From Patescibacteria group bacterium (lineage in GTDB: Bacteria; Patescibacteriota; Minisyncoccia; 2-02-FULL-40-12), in assembly GCA_038062015.1 (NCBI GenBank), contig JBBTXZ010000003.1, positions 7,857 to 71,856 on the forward strand: 64,000 bases of DNA. Direction: 5' to 3'. The notes under the pieces were generated by a model that worked only from the letters and a program-made list of their open reading frames with translations, ran no database searches and was not told the DNA's origin. The position numbers and the translations under genes are program-made. Below, piece after piece: positions 1 through 9,221 of the stretch (within the stretch, counting starts at the first letter, position 1; each line of letters opens with the position of its first letter).

Positions 1-26
1 GAGAGGGCAGAGTTTTTTTAGGAGAG

Positions 27-1805
27 ATGATTAACTATGGTGTCAACTGCGGTCCTGCCCCAACACCTACCCCTAGTCCTTCTCCTACTCCTTCACCAAC
101 ACCCACGCCAACTCCAACCCCTACCTCAAGTCCAACCCCTAGTCCTACCCCTTTTCCTACGCCAACACCTACTCCCACCCCAACCCCAACACCTTTACCT
201 ATCTCAGTAAGCCTAATTGCCAATCCGCCGGTAATCAGAGAGGGGTCAAGCTCAATACTAAGCTGGGTATCTTCAAATGCTAATTCTTGTATTGCTATTG
301 GCGATGGCTGGTTTGGGGTTAGGCCGGTTTCTGGAAATGAAGTTGTGTCGCCAAACCAAACAACTATTTACCGGATAAACTGCACTAATTCGTTTGGTTC
401 TTCAGCCACAGCTCAAACCGTAGTTACGGTTATCAGGGATAATTTAGTCATTGTCGGGCCGACTCTTACTTTAATTGCCAATCCGTCAACAATCAGGCGG
501 AACGAATTATCTATTCTTACTTGGAATACCACAAATGCCACTTCCTGCACTGCTCAAGGCGATGGCTGGTTTGGGGTTAGAAATATTTCCGGCAATGAGA
601 CGGTAGCTTTGAATCAAACCACTACTTTCAGAATGACTTGTTCTAATTCAGCCAGTTCGGCTTCAGCCCAGACGACTGTCAATGTGATAGACGACGGCGG
701 GGGCTTGCCCGGCGTTGATATTACCGCTAACCCAATTAGCATAAACCAAGGGGCAAGCAGCGTTTTAATCTGGAGTTCGGTTAATGCCTCTTCCTGTTTT
801 GCTTCAAATAACTGGTCAGGCTCTAAATCAATTTCAGGCAGCGAAACTGTTACGCCTGCATTTACCGCTACCTATACTATTACTTGCTCTAACAGCCGGG
901 GTTCGGCCTCTGACAGCGTTACAGTGTTTGTTACGTCAACTCCAATAATTGCGCCTCAATCCTTTACGGTTGCCTGTGTTGCTAGTCCATTTGTCGTTTC
1001 AATTGGTCAGGAAACTACTTTAGCTGCCGGCCAAACCGGTGGGATTGAACCAGTAAATTTTGTTTGGGGCGGAATAGTTTCCGGAACCGGAAAAGTGATT
1101 AGACGGGCGATGCATCTTCCAGGCGTTCATACAGTCACAATTACTGCTACGGATGCAACTGGAAGAGTAGCTCGCGGAAGTTGTTTGGTTGACCCGCCAG
1201 CTAAAGCCGCTTCAAATGGCAGCTCCTCAAATAGTAATTCGCTGATTCAAGGAATTAAAAAAGTATTCAGCGGCGAAAAATCTTCAAAGATTAAAACTCC
1301 GACAGGTTTATCTCCCAATGAAAAAGAATACTCAAGTTCAACTTCTTCTGTTAAACTTTCTTGGGATTCAGTTAAAGGAATAAATAATTATGCAGTAAGG
1401 GTTGATTTTACTGGTTCTGAACTTAGAGATTCGAGAAATAACTGTCCGGACAGCCCTCATTATGTCTGTATCAACGGTTTGACTGAAAACAAAATTTCAA
1501 TTGCGGTTAAACCAAGCCAGAAATACAGCTGGTGGGTTCATGCGGTTGATTCTTCGGACAACATAAGCGAACCGGCCTCGGCTTGGTTTACGGTTGAAGC
1601 TAAAGAAACCGGATCAAAAGACAGTTCCTTGGGCAACATTTTCAGCAGCGCCGGAAACAGCATATTTGTTTCGGGATTGGCTGCATTGCTTTTCGTCTTA
1701 GGATATCTATTGGGCAAAAGAAAAAATAGCAGGAGAACAGAATCATTTAATCAATTCAGAATACCGCCTTTGGTTCCGCCGAGCCCGCCCTCTTCAAAAC
1801 AATAA
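27..1805 (+). CDS. Surface/cell-envelope protein: PT-rich linker, three ~95-aa Ig-like repeats, FN3-like region, C-terminal TM anchor. May be 5'-partial, since the frame is open to the window start.
   Basis: N-terminal (TP/SP)n low-complexity run. Three repeats of the pattern [27 protein letters not shown] (near-identical copies). C-terminal hydrophobic stretch followed by KRKNSRR. The mirror-frame ORF 35..223 is an artefact. Confidence 0.6.
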   Translation: MINYGVNCGPAPTPTPSPSPTPSPTPTPTPTPTSSPTPSPTPFPTPTPTPTPTPTPLPISVSLIANPPVIREGSSSILSWVSSNANSCIAIGDGWFGVRPVSGNEVVSPNQTTIYRINCTNSFGSSATAQTVVTVIRDNLVIVGPTLTLIANPSTIRRNELSILTWNTTNATSCTAQGDGWFGVRNISGNETVALNQTTTFRMTCSNSASSASAQTTVNVIDDGGGLPGVDITANPISINQGASSVLIWSSVNASSCFASNNWSGSKSISGSETVTPAFTATYTITCSNSRGSASDSVTVFVTSTPIIAPQSFTVACVASPFVVSIGQETTLAAGQTGGIEPVNFVWGGIVSGTGKVIRRAMHLPGVHTVTITATDATGRVARGSCLVDPPAKAASNGSSSNSNSLIQGIKKVFSGEKSSKIKTPTGLSPNEKEYSSSTSSVKLSWDSVKGINNYAVRVDFTGSELRDSRNNCPDSPHYVCINGLTENKISIAVKPSQKYSWWVHAVDSSDNISEPASAWFTVEAKETGSKDSSLGNIFSSAGNSIFVSGLAALLFVLGYLLGKRKNSRRTESFNQFRIPPLVPPSPPSSKQ

Positions 1806-1894
1806 AATTATTTGCTACAATAAAAACTTCTTTAGAAGCGTAAAATTTCCCGGGCGATCGCCAGAAAGCGATCGAGGACTTGGCGAAGCCTAAT

Positions 1895-1967
1895 GCCGTT
1901 TTCGTCTAGTGGCCCAGGACACTTGCTTCTCATGCAAGAAACACCGGTTCGACTCCGGTAAGCGGCG
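1895..1967 (+). tRNA. tRNA-Glu (anticodon CUC). CCA is not encoded.
   Basis: Cloverleaf: acceptor GCCGTTT/AAGCGGC, D-arm TCGTCTAGTGGCCCAGGACA typical of tRNA-Glu, anticodon stem CTTGC/GCAAG with loop TTCTCAT, T-arm GGTTCGACTCC. Confidence 0.8.
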
Positions 1968-1981
1968 CTAAATAAAAAATT

Positions 1982-2293
1982 ATGAATTTAGCAGTCATCA
2001 AAACCGGCGGGAAACAATACATTGTTTCCGAGGGCCAAAAATTAAAGATTGAAAAATTAAACCAAAACGAAGGCGACGAATTTGAGTTTGATAAAGTTTT
2101 GCTTTTTGCCAACGGAGAGGAGATAAAAATCGGCCAGCCCTATATTGATGGGGTGAAAATTAAGGCTAAGGTTTTAAAGCAGGGCAGGGGAGAGAAGAAG
2201 ATTGTTTTCAGATACAAGAACAAAACCCGCTATAAAAAGAAAAAGGGGCATCGCCAGCCCTTCACCGAAGTTGAGATTTTAAGTATTTCGTAG
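1982..2293 (+). CDS. rplU: 50S ribosomal protein L21
   Basis: MNLAVIKTGGKQYIVSEGQKLKIEKL matches the L21 N-terminal consensus. Confidence 0.9.
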   Translation: MNLAVIKTGGKQYIVSEGQKLKIEKLNQNEGDEFEFDKVLLFANGEEIKIGQPYIDGVKIKAKVLKQGRGEKKIVFRYKNKTRYKKKKGHRQPFTEVEILSIS

Positions 2294-2312
2294 TTTGCGA
2301 AAAGTTGCTCTC

Positions 2313-2390
2313 GGCACAGTCGATTTCTTCTCTTGAGACACTTCTTGGAAATGGCGCGCTACTTTCTATAATTCTTTACGCCCTCTGATT
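2313..2390 (+). repeat. Half copy (copy 5) of the stop-codon-adjacent structured element family. Begins 20 nt after the rplU stop, in sense orientation.
   Basis: GGCACAGTCGATTTCTTCTCTTGAGACACTTCTTGGAAATGGCGCGC is a near-exact reverse complement of the right arm of copy 1 (3408-3454). Confidence 0.65.
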
Positions 2391-2435
2391 TTAAATACCT
2401 TAGGAAACCCTTGAAAAATGTGGGTTTTTGAGGGA

Positions 2436-2464
2436 TTGACAAATAGTTTATTAGGGTGTATAAT
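2436..2464 (+). promoter_or_regulatory. Sigma70-like promoter for the GC-rich ORF at 2619
   Basis: TTGACA, 17-nt spacer, TATAAT (perfect consensus hexamers). Confidence 0.5.
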
Positions 2465-2618
2465 TAAGATATAATTAAACGGCACCTTAATATATGATAT
2501 CTGCGGTAGCAAAGAGTTCTTAGGCATATTCAATTAAAACTAAAAGTCAGGATTCTTTGTTGTCGCAGATATGGAAAGAGTCAAAAAGATTGGGCATTTT
2601 GCGCAAAAGGAGGGAGTG

Positions 2619-3116
2619 ATGAAGAGAGAAACCTTGTATTTGCTAGCGGCCGTTTTCTTGGCAGCAAGTGTTGGTGCAGGTGTTGGTTTTCTATATCCTT
2701 TGATTCTTCCACCTCCGTCTCAGTCTGTAGAAGAGACATACGCTTCAACGGTCGAGTTCGAGGGTCTAAAGAGAGACGTTTCTAATCTCTACGATCGGAT
2801 CAGCGAGCTTGAAAAGGAAATTGAAACAAATCCTGATTTCTTTATCCGGCGGATGGATCGGGATCTGGATTTGCTCGAAAAAGGGCAAAATCCACACGGC
2901 AGTTTCTCGGACTACTTTGTTCCGAATGCCATGGCGGCCTTGAAAGCCGGAGCTGCGAAGAAAGAAGTGTTAACGAGGCTTGAACGAGTAGTTGCTCTGG
3001 CCGAGAAAAAGGTCTACTTGAGTAGTTACGTCGGTCAGCTTGTCCGGGAGGGCGGGATCGAAGCCGTACGCTCTTACATAGAGGGTGCGACGGGCTTACG
3101 TCTTTCCCGTCCATAG
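2619..3116 (+). CDS. Hypothetical membrane-anchored coiled-coil protein in a GC-rich island. The ORF track starts at 2571; the SD-supported start is the Met at 2619.
   Basis: AAGGAGG sits 5 nt before the ATG at 2619. N-terminal TM helix. About 48% GC against a background of about 35%. Followed by a strong intrinsic terminator. Confidence 0.55.
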   Translation: MKRETLYLLAAVFLAASVGAGVGFLYPLILPPPSQSVEETYASTVEFEGLKRDVSNLYDRISELEKEIETNPDFFIRRMDRDLDLLEKGQNPHGSFSDYFVPNAMAALKAGAAKKEVLTRLERVVALAEKKVYLSSYVGQLVREGGIEAVRSYIEGATGLRLSRP

Positions 3117-3133
3117 TTATGTTCATTTTCGTC

Positions 3134-3190
3134 CCCGCAGGAGCAATTCATCGGTTATACCGGAAACGCTCCTGCGGGGCGTTTTTTTGT
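3134..3190 (+). terminator. Rho-independent terminator
   Basis: CCCCGCAGGAGC ... GCTCCTGCGGGG 12-bp stem followed by TTTTTTTGTTT. Confidence 0.75.
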
Positions 3191-3241
3191 TTAGTATGAC
3201 GAGACCTTGCCGAGATGGAATCTTCTAATAAAGTATTGGGA

Positions 3242-3454
3242 GGGCATGACTGATTTCTGAACCTGAGGGTGTCTTGAGAAATGGCCGCTATCTTTACGCA
3301 GTCCCCATGCGAGTTCCCACAGGGACGAGCTGGGATGTTCTGACAAATTGCCGTTAACAAATCTATGGTGGAGGTATCCTGATTTGTCGGCAATTCAAGT
3401 AAAGTGGCGTGCCATTTCCAAGAAGTGTCTCAAGAGAAGAAATCAGTCATGCCC
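3242..3454 (-). repeat. Structured intergenic element, copy 1 (ends 3 nt before the dnaB stop codon, sense to dnaB)
   Basis: Closing stem GGGCATGACTGATTTCT / AGAAATCAGTCATGCCC. Conserved core TTTCTGAAC ... AATTGCCG-hairpin-CGGCAATT ... CTCAAGAGAAGAAA shared with copies 2 and 3. Confidence 0.75.
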
Positions 3455-3457
3455 GAG

Positions 3458-4804
3458 CTATATATTCTTCGCCAAATTCTTAAAACTCACTTCTTCTTCA
3501 TCGAAATAAAGCTCAACCGCACCGGTGGGTCCGTTGCGGTGTTTGGCAATAATAATTTCGGCGATATTTTTTCTGTCCGAATCATGGTGCCTTACTTTAT
3601 CTTCCCGATGGATGAACATTACTAAATCAGCGGCCTGTTCAATCCCGCCTGATTCTCTTAAATCCGAAAGCCGAGGTCTCTGGTCTGGCCTTGCTTCAAC
3701 TGCCCGGGATAACTGCGAAACGGCGATAATCGGGATATTCAGCTCCCGGGCCAAAGCTTTCAGGGAATTAGCCACGTCCGTCACCTGCTGGACATAACCT
3801 TCAATGTCGCTTCTGGGCTGGACTAACTGTAAGTAATCAATCACTAAAAGCCCGAGTTCGTTTTTGGCTTTTAACCGTCTGGCCATGGCTCTGATCTGTA
3901 AAACCGTGGGCGAAGGCGCGTCATCTATAAAGATAGAAACTTTTGATAAGCTATCCAAAGCCAGAGAAATTTTCGAAAAATCATTGAAGTCGCCCGAGCT
4001 GGTCAAGTGGCCAGTTCTTAATTTCCAAAGGCTCACCCCGGCTTCGGCTGATAAAATTCTATCTATCACCTGGTCTTTGGACATTTCCAGACTAAATAGT
4101 CCAACGCCGGCATTTTCTTTTTTGGCGATATTCCTAACCATATCCAAAGCCAAAGATGTTTTTCCAAGCGAGGGCCTTGCTCCAAGAATGATCAAATCCG
4201 AACGTTGAAGCCCAGCCAGTATATTATCCAAATCCACAAAGCCGGTTGAAAGGCCTCGCAAGGCGCCGTCCCCCCGATGAAGCCTTTCCAGCCGTTCAAA
4301 AGCTTCGTGGAGCTCCTCTTTCAAAGCTGTAAATTCCTGAGTTAAGGAGCGTTGGGAAACAGAGAAAAGATTTTGTTCAGCCTGATCCAGAATTTTTTCA
4401 ATACTTTCGTCTTCCTGATGGCCGAGGGCCGTAATTTTGTGGGCCGAATCTATCAAGTCCCGCAAAATTTTCTTGCGCCGGATTATTTTTCCATAATTTA
4501 ATATGTGGGCTGAAGTCGGCGTGGCGCTTAGAAGAGAAGTAAGGTAAGACGCTCCGCCGGCATTTTCAAGCTCGTCGCCTTCTTCAAGCTTGTTTGAAAC
4601 AGTCAAAATATCTATAGGTTCGTTTTTTTCCAAAAGGCTGACCATTGCTTTGAAAATCAGGTGGTTTTGGCGGGCGTAAAAATCATCGGGCCTTAAAATA
4701 TCAATTATTTTTTCAATTGAGCCTTTATCAATTAAAATAGAGCCCAAAACAGATTTTTCGGCTTCAAGGTTTTGGGGCGGAAGCTTGTCGGGAAGATTAG
4801 CCAT
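3458..4804 (-). CDS. dnaB: Replicative DNA helicase DnaB
   Basis: N-terminal LPPQNLEAEKSVLGSIL. Walker A GARPSLGKTSLAL. RecA-like C-terminal domain. Confidence 0.9.
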   Translation of the reverse strand: MANLPDKLPPQNLEAEKSVLGSILIDKGSIEKIIDILRPDDFYARQNHLIFKAMVSLLEKNEPIDILTVSNKLEEGDELENAGGASYLTSLLSATPTSAHILNYGKIIRRKKILRDLIDSAHKITALGHQEDESIEKILDQAEQNLFSVSQRSLTQEFTALKEELHEAFERLERLHRGDGALRGLSTGFVDLDNILAGLQRSDLIILGARPSLGKTSLALDMVRNIAKKENAGVGLFSLEMSKDQVIDRILSAEAGVSLWKLRTGHLTSSGDFNDFSKISLALDSLSKVSIFIDDAPSPTVLQIRAMARRLKAKNELGLLVIDYLQLVQPRSDIEGYVQQVTDVANSLKALARELNIPIIAVSQLSRAVEARPDQRPRLSDLRESGGIEQAADLVMFIHREDKVRHHDSDRKNIAEIIIAKHRNGPTGAVELYFDEEEVSFKNLAKNI

Positions 4805-4876
4805 GGAGGTATGATAAATGTCTAATTTTAATGAGACAAGGGATAATCTGTGGAGATAACTTATCTTTTTTTACTT

Positions 4877-6283
4877 TTAGCTTTTACTTTTTAACTTTAC
4901 TAGTGGCCCGTAAGGAGTGTCTTCAATGGAATATCCCAAGGCCTGGATCTCATCCCTGGCTTTGTCGGCTTCAAGCCAGGCCTTTTCTTTTCTTAATGTT
5001 TCACGTTTTTCAACCAATTGTAAAATATCGGTAATTTTTAGCCATTCGTCTGGTAAAACCCCTAGAATATCTCTTCCTATCCAATTTAATAATTTTTTGA
5101 TCTCAACCGCCTGTTTTTTTGATATCAAGCCGCTGGATAGAAGTTTGTTTATTTCTTTGATAAAATTGAATAATTCCGAAAGCGCTAGGGGAGTATTAAA
5201 ATCGTTGTCTAATGCACTCTCTATTTTCTCTTTATATTCTTCTATTAATTCTTGCACTCTAGTTATTTCTGTTTCTTTCGGTAAGTCCAGATTTCCAGGA
5301 GTAAGCTTCCAATCAAGCTCGAAAATCCTTTGCACTGCCGCCTCTGATTGTTTCAATAAATTTTCTCTATACTCAACAGGAGAACGGTAGTGAGCATTTA
5401 TAGCCATAAAACGTAGCGATTCGGAAGAATACTTCTTCAGAATGTTTTGGATAGTTATAGTATTTTTGAGTGATTTAGACATTTTTTGGCCATTTATTGT
5501 CACAAGTCCGGAATGAAGCCAGTATTTCACGAAAGGTTTTTTACCAGAGGCGGCTTCTTGTTGAGTAATTTCTGCTTCGTGATGAGGAAATATTAAATCC
5601 TGGCCGCCGCCATGAATATCGTACTGCTGACCCAAATATTTTTCAGTTATAGCTGTATCTTCAATATGCCAGCCAGGTCGGCCAAAACCAAAAGGGCTAC
5701 TCCAACCAGGTTTTCCGGACTCTGATATTCGCCATAAGACAAAGTCGCCTTTATTTCTTTTACTGACCGATTCATCAACTCTGGAAACTGCGTCCTCGGC
5801 CTGCTGGACAGTCCTCTTAGATAATTTTCCGTAGCCTTCAAATTTTGAAATGTCAAAATAAATACCTTCCTCAATTTTGTAAGCATATCCTTTATCAAGC
5901 AGGGTTTGGATTTGTTTAATAATTTCTTTTATGTGGTCAGTGGCTCTGGCTATTTTATTTATACTGTTGATGTTAAGATTTTTAATATCCTCTAAAAAAC
6001 TTGTTTCATAAAGTTTAGCTATATCTTCCCAAGGTTTATTTTCCTGTTTCGCACGGTCAATTATTCTATCATCGATGTCCGTTATATTAAGTACAAAATT
6101 AACTTTATATCCTTTATAGCGTAGGTATTTTACAAAAACATCAAATATAACATAGGTTCTAATATGACCAATGTGTGAAAAATCATATACAGTAGGACCG
6201 CAGACAAAAAGATTAACCTTTTTATTTTTAAATGGCTCAAAAAGCTCTTTTTTAGCCGAAAGTGTATTATAAATTTGAATCAT
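4877..6283 (-). CDS. cysS: Cysteinyl-tRNA synthetase
   Basis: CGPTVYDFSHIGH (HIGH motif) and KMSKS motif. Confidence 0.9.
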   Translation of the reverse strand: MIQIYNTLSAKKELFEPFKNKKVNLFVCGPTVYDFSHIGHIRTYVIFDVFVKYLRYKGYKVNFVLNITDIDDRIIDRAKQENKPWEDIAKLYETSFLEDIKNLNINSINKIARATDHIKEIIKQIQTLLDKGYAYKIEEGIYFDISKFEGYGKLSKRTVQQAEDAVSRVDESVSKRNKGDFVLWRISESGKPGWSSPFGFGRPGWHIEDTAITEKYLGQQYDIHGGGQDLIFPHHEAEITQQEAASGKKPFVKYWLHSGLVTINGQKMSKSLKNTITIQNILKKYSSESLRFMAINAHYRSPVEYRENLLKQSEAAVQRIFELDWKLTPGNLDLPKETEITRVQELIEEYKEKIESALDNDFNTPLALSELFNFIKEINKLLSSGLISKKQAVEIKKLLNWIGRDILGVLPDEWLKITDILQLVEKRETLRKEKAWLEADKARDEIQALGYSIEDTPYGPLVKLKSKS

Positions 6284-6339
6284 AAATAGACTAGTCTAAT
6301 TTTATTTTAACAATATTTATTATATATATATTAAAGGAA

Positions 6340-6363
6340 GAGGTCTCCGCCCTCGGAGACCTC
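6340..6363 (-). terminator. Hairpin/terminator downstream of the GC-rich gene at 6389
   Basis: GAGGTCTCCG-CCCT-CGGAGACCTC perfect 10-bp stem. A/T-rich tract follows on the minus strand. Confidence 0.45.
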
Positions 6364-6388
6364 AAGTGGAATTTGGCTGATCTGGAAG

Positions 6389-6928
6389 TTAGTCAGCGCA
6401 GTAACAACATGACTGGTTGTTCGTTGTTGTCTTCCAGAACAAGCTGTCGGGCGGACCGAAGTACTGCGTGTACCTCGCTATGGTGCCGCTGAGATAATCA
6501 GGCATCAGTGCTATGTTTTCTTCTTCGCTGACAGTGGGTCCGTGATGGATGAACTGTCCGCTCGCGACTTCTGAACAGAACTTGTGGTAGTTTCGTGTGT
6601 TCAGCACGGCCATGTGCCAGAAATCGTCGACATCCTTGGACATCGGAAGGCACTGATCTGGATGCATGATGCGAAGGAACAAGTATTTCTTGAACTCTTG
6701 ATCCATCGCTACAGCTACATCTGGTTCGTAGCCCAGTCGGTTGATGACCAGAAGTCTTTCTCTGGAGAAGTCGAATTCACACACTCTTTTGAAGAGAATG
6801 CGAGCCGCCTCTGGCGCACCTGGCCTCAATTTAGAAAACAACGAGTTACTCCTCGAGTCGACGGGTAACTCCCTTACAATGCAGCTACTGTCATGACTCA
6901 ACCTCCTAAAGAACTGGTTTTGCAACAA
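6389..6928 (-). CDS. Hypothetical protein, GC-rich island, DUF1399/GRDP-like motif. TTG start.
   Basis: Pattern KKYLFL...DVDDFWHMAVL...Y..FC......G.FIHH resembles the DUF1399 core (W-H..L..Y..C..HH/HDD). About 50% GC. Confidence 0.4.
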   Translation of the reverse strand: MLQNQFFRRLSHDSSCIVRELPVDSRSNSLFSKLRPGAPEAARILFKRVCEFDFSRERLLVINRLGYEPDVAVAMDQEFKKYLFLRIMHPDQCLPMSKDVDDFWHMAVLNTRNYHKFCSEVASGQFIHHGPTVSEEENIALMPDYLSGTIARYTQYFGPPDSLFWKTTTNNQSCCYCAD

Positions 6929-7101
6929 CTATGTTGTTTGTGTTGCCTTAAAATAATAATATAATTACTCAGCTAATTGAGTCAAGAGTAATCATAAACT
7001 GTCGGCCCGCATACAAAAATATCGACGTTTTTGCCTTTTATCGGCGAAAATTCTTCTTTTTGTCCGCTTAGAGTGTTTAAAAGTTTAAACATTTTTTTAA
7101 T

Positions 7102-8358
7102 TTAAATCGTGAAAAAAACAATAACCGCCGCGCTCATAAAAAGCAAAGCAATATAACCCAAGAGATTAGAAAATCTTCCGTTGGTGTATGAACCCATGAT
7201 TTTTTTATTATTGGAAATCAGAAGAATAGTTAAGATCAGGGGAGGCAGGACTAAGCCATGGAAGAAAGCGGTGTAGAATAGGAGCCTCACCGGATTAAAG
7301 CCGGCGTAGTTTAAAAACAGAGCCAAAGCGGTTGAAACAATAATTACCAAATAAAATCCCTTTGCTTTTTTGAATTTTTTATCAAGCCCGAGCGGCCAGC
7401 CGAATGTTTCCGAAAGAATATAAGCCGAGCCGGCGGTCAGTATCGGAATTATCAAAAAGCCGGTGCCGATAATTCCGAGAGTAAAAACCAGCTGACCCAA
7501 ATCGCCGAGAAGCGGCTTTAAAAGCTGGGAAATTTCCTCGATGGTCTGAATTTTTATGTTAGTGCCGAAAAATAAAGTCGCTGCCAGAATCATTATGAAA
7601 AACTTGATCAGGTTTGAAAAAAACATTCCAAAAGTGATGTCGCCGGCCATATGCTTGATTTCTTTTTCAAGTTTTTTATCACTGTGAAAATCGTGGTTGT
7701 GGCGATGTTCTTTTTCTTCAAAAGCTTCCTGACTGGTCTGCCAGAAAAACATATAAGGGGCTAAGGTAGTGCCGAATATGGCGATGATTATAGAAATTGT
7801 CTCTTGGTTTAAAATTAAATTCGGGAAAGCGATTTTTCTAAAAATTTCAGGCCAGTCGTGGGATATCATTAAAGCCGCGGCTATATAGAAAAAAAGGGTT
7901 AATGCCAGCCATTTGAAGTATTTTATTATTTTTTTAAAATCCCAGGAGATTATCAAAAGAATTATTATTAAAGCATAGACGATGTCGAGCGCCCTCACCG
8001 GCACTCTCGGGATTATAAGATTTGTGGCAGCGCTCATTCCGGAAAGATCAGCTCCGATATTCAAGACATTAGTGGAAGCCATTATTATCACAATCAAGCC
8101 AAGAAGCCATCGGGAGTAATATTTTTTTAAAACTCCGGCCAAACCCATTTTGGTGACTATACCTATCCGGGCCGACATTTCCTGAACCGCGGTCATCAAA
8201 GGAAAAGTGAAAAAAGCGGTCCATAGAGAAGAAAAACCGAGCCGCGTTCCGGCAATAGTGTAAGTAGTAATGGCGGCGGCGTCGTCATCGGATGCTCCCG
8301 AAATGAATCCGGCTCCTAGATATTTCCAAAACTTCTTTATCCCCTTTACAAAACCCAT
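7102..8358 (-). CDS. NRAMP-family divalent metal (Mn2+/Fe2+) transporter
   Basis: GAGFISGASDDDAAAITTYTIAGTRLGFSSLW matches the Nramp DPGN-region consensus. About 11 TM helices. Confidence 0.7.
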   Translation of the reverse strand: MGFVKGIKKFWKYLGAGFISGASDDDAAAITTYTIAGTRLGFSSLWTAFFTFPLMTAVQEMSARIGIVTKMGLAGVLKKYYSRWLLGLIVIIMASTNVLNIGADLSGMSAATNLIIPRVPVRALDIVYALIIILLIISWDFKKIIKYFKWLALTLFFYIAAALMISHDWPEIFRKIAFPNLILNQETISIIIAIFGTTLAPYMFFWQTSQEAFEEKEHRHNHDFHSDKKLEKEIKHMAGDITFGMFFSNLIKFFIMILAATLFFGTNIKIQTIEEISQLLKPLLGDLGQLVFTLGIIGTGFLIIPILTAGSAYILSETFGWPLGLDKKFKKAKGFYLVIIVSTALALFLNYAGFNPVRLLFYTAFFHGLVLPPLILTILLISNNKKIMGSYTNGRFSNLLGYIALLFMSAAVIVFFTI

Positions 8359-8606
8359 TATATTTTTTTCTCAATTTGTTTTATTTCAATTTTTAAAAAT
8401 TTCATTATTTTTTTCCAAAAATTCGGATGGTCCACAATCAACTCGCTTAAAATTGCAAATGGGATGACAAATAAAAATATTCTTCCCAAAACAGCCGGGG
8501 TGATACCGGCGCCAGCTCCGTATTTGACGGCAATCAGATTATCTAAAGTATTGAAAATCAAACCGAATATCAGGAATTCGATTAGCCTCAATTTTCTTAT
8601 AGTCAT
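8358..8606 (-). CDS. Small hypothetical membrane protein
   Basis: Two predicted TM helices. Start overlaps the NRAMP gene. Confidence 0.35.
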   Translation of the reverse strand: MTIRKLRLIEFLIFGLIFNTLDNLIAVKYGAGAGITPAVLGRIFLFVIPFAILSELIVDHPNFWKKIMKFLKIEIKQIEKKI

Positions 8607-8633
8607 TGTCTTAATTCTATTATAAAATATAAG

Positions 8634-9203
8634 TTATTTTTTCTCCACCCGCTCAGCGTATTCGCCAGTTTGGGTGTTTATCCGGATTATGTCGCCTTCT
8701 TCGATGAAAAGAGGAGTATTGATTAGAGCGCCGGTTTCCAGTTTGATCTGCTTAGTGCCGCCTTGGGCGGTATTACCGCGGACTGATGGCGGGGCTTCAA
8801 TAACTTTAAAATCCATTTTAACCGGCAGTTCTATATTTATGATTTTACCATTAAAAAGCAGGCTGGAAATCAAAGTATTAGGTTTTAAAAAATGCGAAGA
8901 TTCGCCAATAATATCTTCGCCAAGCTTGAACCTTTTTACCGGCTCATCAATTTCCGAAAACCAGAATTCGCCCCGGTGGAAATATAAAAATTTAACCTCT
9001 TTTTTTTGGATGTCAGCCTCTTCGAAATAATCGGACTGCTGGAAATTCCTTTCAACGGTTTTCCCAGTCAGAAGATTTTTTATCTTAGTCTGCATCACCG
9101 GCCGGCGCTGCTGCATTTTTAAATGCTGGGAAAACAAAACCTCAAAGGGCTGCCCTTCTAAAATAAAAAAAATCCCGGTTCTTAAATCATTCATTCCGAG
9201 CAT
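8634..9203 (-). CDS. efp: Elongation factor P
   Basis: MNDLRTGIFF..EGQPFEVLF..H.K.....P.MQTK.KNLLTG typical EF-P N-terminus, with three OB-like domains. Confidence 0.9.
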   Translation of the reverse strand: MLGMNDLRTGIFFILEGQPFEVLFSQHLKMQQRRPVMQTKIKNLLTGKTVERNFQQSDYFEEADIQKKEVKFLYFHRGEFWFSEIDEPVKRFKLGEDIIGESSHFLKPNTLISSLLFNGKIINIELPVKMDFKVIEAPPSVRGNTAQGGTKQIKLETGALINTPLFIEEGDIIRINTQTGEYAERVEKK

Positions 9204-9221
9204 AAAAATAGAACTTAGAAT

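Noticed and set aside
35-223. Minus-strand ORF encoding a (GV)n repeat protein
   Set aside because: Mirror-frame artefact of the (TP/SP)n-coding low-complexity region of the + strand surface protein.
3148-3393. ORFs 3148-3393 (-) and 31103-31309 (-) giving similar peptides (MPT..D...AAISQ...)
   Set aside because: They lie inside copies 1 and 3 of the structured element. Peptide similarity follows from nucleotide identity. Copy 2 has no equivalent ORF. No start or SD context.
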